DNA of 64,000 nucleotides from an uncultured Mucispirillum sp. (GTDB lineage Bacteria; Chrysiogenota; Deferribacteres; Deferribacterales; Mucispirillaceae): NCBI GenBank assembly GCA_944323205.1, contig CALURO010000008.1, positions 42,660 to 106,659 of the forward strand, read 5' to 3'. Shown piece by piece: positions 58,359 to 64,000 of this stretch (position 1 is its first letter; each line of letters starts with the position of its first letter). The notes under the pieces were generated by a model. It saw only the letters and a program-made list of their open reading frames with translations, ran no database searches and was not told where the DNA came from. The position numbers and the translations under genes were made by a program.

Positions 58359-58949
58359 ATGAGCTATTATGTACCTTATGTTATAGAACAGACAGGCAGA
58401 GGCGGGGAGCGTTCTTATGATATTTATTCCCGTCTTTTAAAAGACAGAATAATTTTTCTTGGTACAGAAGTTGATGACCATGTGGCAAATATAATATGTG
58501 CTCAGCTTTTATTTTTAGAGGCTGATGACCCTGATAAAGATATATATTTATATATTAACTCTCCAGGTGGAGTTATTACTTCAGGTATGGCTATATATGA
58601 CACAATGAATTATATTAAACCTGATGTTGCAACAATATGTTTAGGTCAGGCTGCCAGCATGGGTGCATTTTTACTTGCAGCAGGAGCAAAAGGCAAACGC
58701 TCAGCAGTGCCTAATGCCCGCATTATGATACACCAGCCGTCAGGTGGTTTTAGAGGGCAGGCAACAGATATTCTTATTCAAACAAATGAGATTATCAAAA
58801 CAAAAGAACATTTAAATAGAATTTTGTCTTCAAATACTGGCCAGCCTTATGAAAAAGTTGCTGCAGATACTGAGCGTGATTATTTTATGAGCAGTGCTGA
58901 AGCAAAAGAGTATGGCTTAATTGATAATGTATTTGAAAAACGCACTTGA
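58359..58949 (+). CDS. clpP: Clp protease proteolytic subunit
   Basis: [33 protein letters not shown]. Confidence 0.99.
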   Translation: MSYYVPYVIEQTGRGGERSYDIYSRLLKDRIIFLGTEVDDHVANIICAQLLFLEADDPDKDIYLYINSPGGVITSGMAIYDTMNYIKPDVATICLGQAASMGAFLLAAGAKGKRSAVPNARIMIHQPSGGFRGQATDILIQTNEIIKTKEHLNRILSSNTGQPYEKVAADTERDYFMSSAEAKEYGLIDNVFEKRT

Positions 58950-58972
58950 CAAGAATATAAAATATAATATAC

Positions 58973-59001
58973 AAAGCCACCTGCATATAGGTGGCTTTTT
59001 T
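58973..59001 (+). terminator. Intrinsic terminator after clpP
   Basis: AAAGCCACCT-GCATAT-AGGTGGCTTTTTT. Confidence 0.8.
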
Positions 59002-59226
59002 GGTAAAAAAGCCACAGACACAGGAATATTATAACCAATTGCTAAAATTTAGCATATATTATATTTTATATGCAATGTGTATATTAAGATAATCTTTTAT
59101 TGCATTATTTATATTATATATTATATTAATATGCGCATAAGTTATATAAGTGTAAAAATATATAATATAATTTAAAAAAAATACCGATATAATTTTTTAG
59201 TTTACAGAGATATTCTGGAGGAAATA

Positions 59227-60570
59227 ATGTCTAAATATGATGATGATATCCGCTGTTCCTTTTGTAATAAGGGCGCAGATGAAGTTAAAAAACTGATTGC
59301 AGGATATAAAGAAGGAACATATATTTGTGACGGCTGTGTTAAGCTGTGTCAAGATGTTGTTCAAGAAGAAATGAAAAATGACAGTCAATTACAGAAATCT
59401 GATGAACTTCCCACACCTGAAGAAATACATAAAAAATTAAATGAATATGTTATTGGTCAGGAAGATGCAAAAAGAGTTTTAAGTGTAGCAGTTTATAACC
59501 ATTATAAGCGTATACAGTATGCATCAAAAAGTGATGTAGAGCTTGAAAAAAGTAATATATTATTAATTGGATCAACTGGAACAGGCAAAACTCTGCTTGC
59601 AAGAACACTGGCAAGGCTTTTAAATGTGCCTTTTGCAATAGCTGATGCTACTACATTAACAGAAGCAGGATATGTTGGTGAAGATGTGGAAAATGTTGTA
59701 CTTAAACTTCTGCAGAATGCAGGTAATAATGTGGAGCTTGCAGAGCGGGGCATTATATTTATTGATGAGATAGATAAAATATCTAAAAAAGGCGACAGTC
59801 CATCTATTACAAGAGATGTTTCTGGTGAAGGTGTTCAACAGGCACTTTTAAAAATTATAGAAGGAACAGTAGCAAATGTTCCACCACAGGGTGGCAGAAA
59901 GCATCCGCAGCAGGAATATATACAGGTAAATACTACAAATATTCTTTTCATATGTGGCGGTGCTTTTGATGGTATGGAAGAAATCATTAAAAGGCGTATT
60001 GGTAGAAAAACACTTGGCTTTGGTGCTGTTGATGGAGAAAGCTCTCATAATGCAAAAAATATGAAGCGTATGGAGCTTTTAAGACAGCTTGAACCTGATG
60101 ATTTTGTTAAATACGGCCTTATTCCTGAGTTTGTGGGCAGGCTTCCTATTACTGCTGCACTTGATGAGCTTGATGAAGATGCACTTGTCCGCATATTAGT
60201 TGAGCCTCACAACTCGCTTATAAAACAGTATGAAGCCATGCTTGGGTTTGATGATGTAAAACTTACTTTTACAGAAAATGCACTTCGAGCAGTTGCAAAA
60301 CTTGCAATCAAACGCAAAACTGGTGCAAGAGGGCTTCGCTCTATATTAGAAGAAGCTATGCTTGATGTTATGTATAAAATACCGTCAGAAGCAGGCTGCA
60401 TCAGAGAGTGTATTATTAATGAAGAAGTTATTACTGATAAAGCAGAACCAATATTGGTAAGAATTGATGATAACTACAAAGATAATATAAATATTGAAGA
60501 ACCAAATAAACTTGATGAAGACTATTTTGAAATACCAAAATTTACTAAAAATGGACAAGAAACTGCATAA
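59227..60570 (+). CDS. clpX: Clp protease ATP-binding subunit
   Basis: CSFC zinc finger; GSTGTGKT; YVGEDVE; [14 protein letters not shown]. Confidence 0.99.
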   Translation: MSKYDDDIRCSFCNKGADEVKKLIAGYKEGTYICDGCVKLCQDVVQEEMKNDSQLQKSDELPTPEEIHKKLNEYVIGQEDAKRVLSVAVYNHYKRIQYASKSDVELEKSNILLIGSTGTGKTLLARTLARLLNVPFAIADATTLTEAGYVGEDVENVVLKLLQNAGNNVELAERGIIFIDEIDKISKKGDSPSITRDVSGEGVQQALLKIIEGTVANVPPQGGRKHPQQEYIQVNTTNILFICGGAFDGMEEIIKRRIGRKTLGFGAVDGESSHNAKNMKRMELLRQLEPDDFVKYGLIPEFVGRLPITAALDELDEDALVRILVEPHNSLIKQYEAMLGFDDVKLTFTENALRAVAKLAIKRKTGARGLRSILEEAMLDVMYKIPSEAGCIRECIINEEVITDKAEPILVRIDDNYKDNINIEEPNKLDEDYFEIPKFTKNGQETA

Positions 60571-60592
60571 AAAATAATTAAGGTTATAAATT

Positions 60593-62902
60593 ATGAATCA
60601 TAAAGAACAGTTTACAGTTATTCCTTTACGAGATGTAGTAGTATTTCCACATATGATTACACCTATTTTTGTAGGCAGACCTCGTTCAGTGAAAGCTTTG
60701 CATATTGCAAATACAACTGATAAAAGGCTTTTTCTATCACTGCAAAAAGATGCAGCTACAGACAGCCCTGCACAAACTGATTTAAATGAAACAGGTGTTA
60801 TAGCAAGAGTTCTGCAAACGCTGCAACTGCCTGATGGTAATGTTAAAGTATTAATAGAAGGCTTATACAGAGCAAAAATGACTTCTTTTAAGCTTGATGA
60901 TGACTGCTATTTTGCAGATGTGGAATTAATAGAAGATGAACAGGCAGATATTAAAGATATGGATACTGCCAGATTTATGCTTATTAAAAACTTTGAAACA
61001 TATGTAGGGCATACAAAACGAGTTAATCAGGAATTATATAATAATATAATTAGTTCAGAAAATCTAACAAGACTTACTTTTATGATAGCATCTAATCTGA
61101 AAGTAAAAGCACAGGATTTTCAAAGTGTATTAGATATTAATAACCCTATTGAGCGAGCTGAAAAGGTTATGGAGCTTATCCAGACAGAGCTGGAGCTTTT
61201 AAAGATAGATGAGCGTATAAAAAACAGAGTGAAAGCGCGCATGAGCCAGTCTCAAAAGGAATACTATTTAAATGAGCAGATGAAAGCTATCCAAAAAGAG
61301 ATGGGCAAAGAAGATGACTATAAGGCAGATATTGATGAAATAGAGCAGAAGATAAAAGAAATGGTTATGCCTGAACAGGTGAAAGACAGGGCAGAAAAAG
61401 AATTGAAAAAACTTCGCTTTATGCCGCCAATGAGTGCTGAGACTACAGTTGTTCGCAACTACCTTGACTGGATTATCAGCCTGCCGTGGAATATAAAAAC
61501 GGAAGATATAATAGATATAAAACATGCAGAAGAAGTGCTTAATAAAGACCATTACGGTTTAGAAAAACCAAAGGAAAGAATATTAGAGTTTTTATCTGTA
61601 AGAAAATACTCTGAAAATATGAAAGGCTCTATTATATGTTTTGTAGGTCCGCCGGGAGTTGGTAAAACATCGCTTGCCCGCTCTATTGCAGATGCTATGG
61701 GCAGGAAATTTGTCCGCATGAGTATGGGCGGCGTTAGAGATGAGGCAGAAATAAGGGGGCACAGAAGAACATATATTGGTGCACTTCCTGGTAAGATTGT
61801 GCAGTCTATGAAAAAGGCAGGAAGTATGAACCCTGTATTTTTACTTGATGAAATAGATAAAATAGGCTCAGATTACAGGGGCGACCCTGCATCTGCTTTA
61901 CTTGAAGCATTAGACCCAGAGCAGAATAATACATTTACAGACCATTATCTTGAAACAGAGCTGGATTTATCAAAAGTGTTTTTCATAACTACTGCAAACT
62001 CACTGGAAACTATTCCTGCTCCACTTTTAGACAGAATGGAAGTAATCAGGTTATCAGGCTATACTGAGCAGGAAAAACTCCATATTGCCCGTGGCTTTTT
62101 AATTCCTAAAGAATTAAAAGAGCATAATGTAGAAGAAGGTAAAATTACAGTAACAGATAGTGCTGTAATGGAGCTTATAACATACTACACAAAAGAAGCA
62201 GGTGTTCGTTCACTTGAAAGAAATATTGCTTCACTTATAAGAAAAAGTGTAAAAAAACTTGTAACTGACGAAAGTATAGAACATATAGAAGTTGATGATA
62301 AATTAACAAGGGAATATTTAGGACCAAGAAAATTTAGAATCGGCGGAGTATATGATGATGAAGAAATGGGTGTTGCAACAGGGCTTGCCTGGACACAGTA
62401 TGGCGGTGATTTACTGCAGATAGAAGTGGCACTTTTTGAAGGCAGTGGTAAGCTTATTGTAACAGGTCATCTTGGTGATGTTATGAAAGAGTCTGCAAAT
62501 ATTGCATATTCAGTAGTAAAAAGTATAGCAAGTGATGCAGGAGTGCCGGCTTACAGGTTTAAAGATTTTGATATACATTTACATGTGCCAGAAGGTGCAG
62601 TGCCAAAAGACGGACCATCAGCAGGCATAACAATGGCTACAGCTATACTTTCAGCAGTATCAGAAAAAAAAGCAAACTGCAAAATTGCTATGACTGGTGA
62701 AATAACATTAAGGGGTAAAGTTTTACAGATTGGCGGGCTTAAAGAAAAAGTGCTTGCAGCACACCGTGCAGGTATAAGAACAGTAATTTGTCCAATAGAA
62801 AACGAAAAAGACTTGACGGATATCCCAGAAGATGTTAGAAATGAAATGGAATTCAAGCTTGTATCTACTTTTGATGAAGTGAGAGCGCTTGTTCTAAAAT
62901 AA
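60593..62902 (+). CDS. lon: Lon protease
   Basis: GPPGVGKTS; RRTYIGALPG; PKDGPSAG; IGGLKEK. Confidence 0.99.
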   Translation: MNHKEQFTVIPLRDVVVFPHMITPIFVGRPRSVKALHIANTTDKRLFLSLQKDAATDSPAQTDLNETGVIARVLQTLQLPDGNVKVLIEGLYRAKMTSFKLDDDCYFADVELIEDEQADIKDMDTARFMLIKNFETYVGHTKRVNQELYNNIISSENLTRLTFMIASNLKVKAQDFQSVLDINNPIERAEKVMELIQTELELLKIDERIKNRVKARMSQSQKEYYLNEQMKAIQKEMGKEDDYKADIDEIEQKIKEMVMPEQVKDRAEKELKKLRFMPPMSAETTVVRNYLDWIISLPWNIKTEDIIDIKHAEEVLNKDHYGLEKPKERILEFLSVRKYSENMKGSIICFVGPPGVGKTSLARSIADAMGRKFVRMSMGGVRDEAEIRGHRRTYIGALPGKIVQSMKKAGSMNPVFLLDEIDKIGSDYRGDPASALLEALDPEQNNTFTDHYLETELDLSKVFFITTANSLETIPAPLLDRMEVIRLSGYTEQEKLHIARGFLIPKELKEHNVEEGKITVTDSAVMELITYYTKEAGVRSLERNIASLIRKSVKKLVTDESIEHIEVDDKLTREYLGPRKFRIGGVYDDEEMGVATGLAWTQYGGDLLQIEVALFEGSGKLIVTGHLGDVMKESANIAYSVVKSIASDAGVPAYRFKDFDIHLHVPEGAVPKDGPSAGITMATAILSAVSEKKANCKIAMTGEITLRGKVLQIGGLKEKVLAAHRAGIRTVICPIENEKDLTDIPEDVRNEMEFKLVSTFDEVRALVLK

Positions 62903-62924
62903 ACTATGAAAGAAGGTGGACACG

Positions 62925-63143
62925 TTGGCAGTTAATGCAATCGTCCGAGTTGATGGCGACAATGTTGACCAGGCATTAAAACTTTTAAAAAAGAAAATCG
63001 AACGCGAAGGTTTAATCCGTGAGATTAAAAAACATGCTTACTATGAAAAACCAACAGAAGTAAGACGCAAAAAACTTTTAAAAGCTCGTCGCAAACAACA
63101 GAAGTTACAAAGAAAACTTCAAAAAAGCTACAAAAACGCGTAG
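62925..63143 (+). CDS. rpsU: 30S ribosomal protein S21
   Basis: ALKLLKKK...YYEKPT..RRKK; TTG start at 62925 likely. Confidence 0.95.
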   Translation: MAVNAIVRVDGDNVDQALKLLKKKIEREGLIREIKKHAYYEKPTEVRRKKLLKARRKQQKLQRKLQKSYKNA

Positions 63144-63146
63144 CAC

Positions 63147-63179
63147 AAAAAAGGCCCTTTATAAGAAGGGTCTTTTTTT
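63147..63179 (+). terminator. Intrinsic terminator after rpsU
   Basis: AAAAAAGGCCCTT...AAGGGTCTTTTTTT. Confidence 0.75.
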
Positions 63180-63273
63180 GTATATGAAAATAAATTTAAT
63201 GTATAAATTGAAATCATATTGCATATCAAAATAATATATGTTAGGCTGATATAAAACAAAAAGGATACAGCCT

Positions 63274-64000
63274 ATGCAAGATTTTCTCAATTTCATAAAA
63301 CAAAAAAATATAGAATTAAGTGATGATAAAATTGAATTTATCAGCCATTTTTTTAACTTTCTAAGAGATGATAATTCCAGTATTTTTATATTAAAAGGAT
63401 ATTCACAAACAGGTAAAACATTTATTTCCACATTACTTCACAAATATTTTTTAAGTAAAGGCATTAGTTCAAAATATTTTTTCCCAACTGGTAGAGCTAG
63501 TAGAAAATTTAATTTTGATAATAAAGGTGATTTTTCTAGCACAATACATGGAATAATTTATGACTGGAAAAATAGGCAGGAAAATATTAAGGAAAAATAT
63601 CCAATTATTGTTCCATTAAAAGATAATATTGATGAAATTGATAAATTACACATATATTTTATAGATAATGCAGCATCTATTTCAGACATGGCTTCTCAAG
63701 ATAAATTTGTATTTGGTTCTGGTAGATTATTATATGATATACTAGATTACATTAACATTGATAATCATAAAAATAAATTAGTTATTATAGGAGATATGAC
63801 TTTACTTGAACCAGTAAATATGAATATAAGTCCCGCATTAAATAAAGAGTATATAATAGAAAAATTTAATATAAAACCATATGAATATACATTAATAGAG
63901 CAGCAAACACAAGTTAGTAAAGGTATATTTGAAATATCACATATGTTGTGTAATGCAATAGAAAGAAAAGATTATAATACACTTCAGATACAAGATAATA
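63274..64000 (+). CDS. RecD-like/AAA_30 SF1B helicase-family protein, runs off the window (not in the ORF track)
   Basis: Open frame from ATG 63274: FILKGYSQTGKT, FPTGRAS, TIHGIIY, FIDNAASI, FGSG.LL.D, IIGD..LLEPV. Confidence 0.8.
   Translation, partial: MQDFLNFIKQKNIELSDDKIEFISHFFNFLRDDNSSIFILKGYSQTGKTFISTLLHKYFLSKGISSKYFFPTGRASRKFNFDNKGDFSSTIHGIIYDWKNRQENIKEKYPIIVPLKDNIDEIDKLHIYFIDNAASISDMASQDKFVFGSGRLLYDILDYINIDNHKNKLVIIGDMTLLEPVNMNISPALNKEYIIEKFNIKPYEYTLIEQQTQVSKGIFEISHMLCNAIERKDYNTLQIQDN

Noticed and set aside
58946-58968. TTGACA...TATAAT at the clpP stop as a clpX promoter
   Set aside because: The spacer is only 11 bp and a terminator follows

Overview
Low-GC bacterial chromosome segment. 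The gene set and proteins fit a Deferribacterota/Mucispirillum-like host-associated organism, but this is inference only. Housekeeping blocks: dnaE-thiD; nrdB-nrdA behind a cobalamin riboswitch; secA-lolA; hslVU; Kdo/lipid A genes; rpsF-ssb-rpsR; tig-clpP-clpX-lon-rpsU; four tRNAs. AT-rich accessory patches lie between them. (1) A defence-like island around tRNA-Arg(TCT), about 7.0-17.3 kb: two divergent paralogous 5-TM proteins, a PLD-helicase-DUF3427 nuclease, nested IS256 remnants and a tandem DUF262 pair. (2) A Tat-protein / Pro-rich ferredoxin / paralogue operon followed by an IS4-like MITE carrying a REP hairpin. (3) An island upstream of tRNA-His with an XRE gene, a poly-C promoter, and a lipoprotein-HAD-PRTase-DprA operon that looks like a split ShosTA system. 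The most notable non-ORF signals are two 9-mer G/C tracts that suggest phase variation (one frameshifting an EptA-like gene, one inside a -35/-10 spacer), a recurrent CGAC-N7-GTCG palindrome in three upstream regions, and a 40-bp-period palindrome array. All family calls come from motif recognition; no database search was run.
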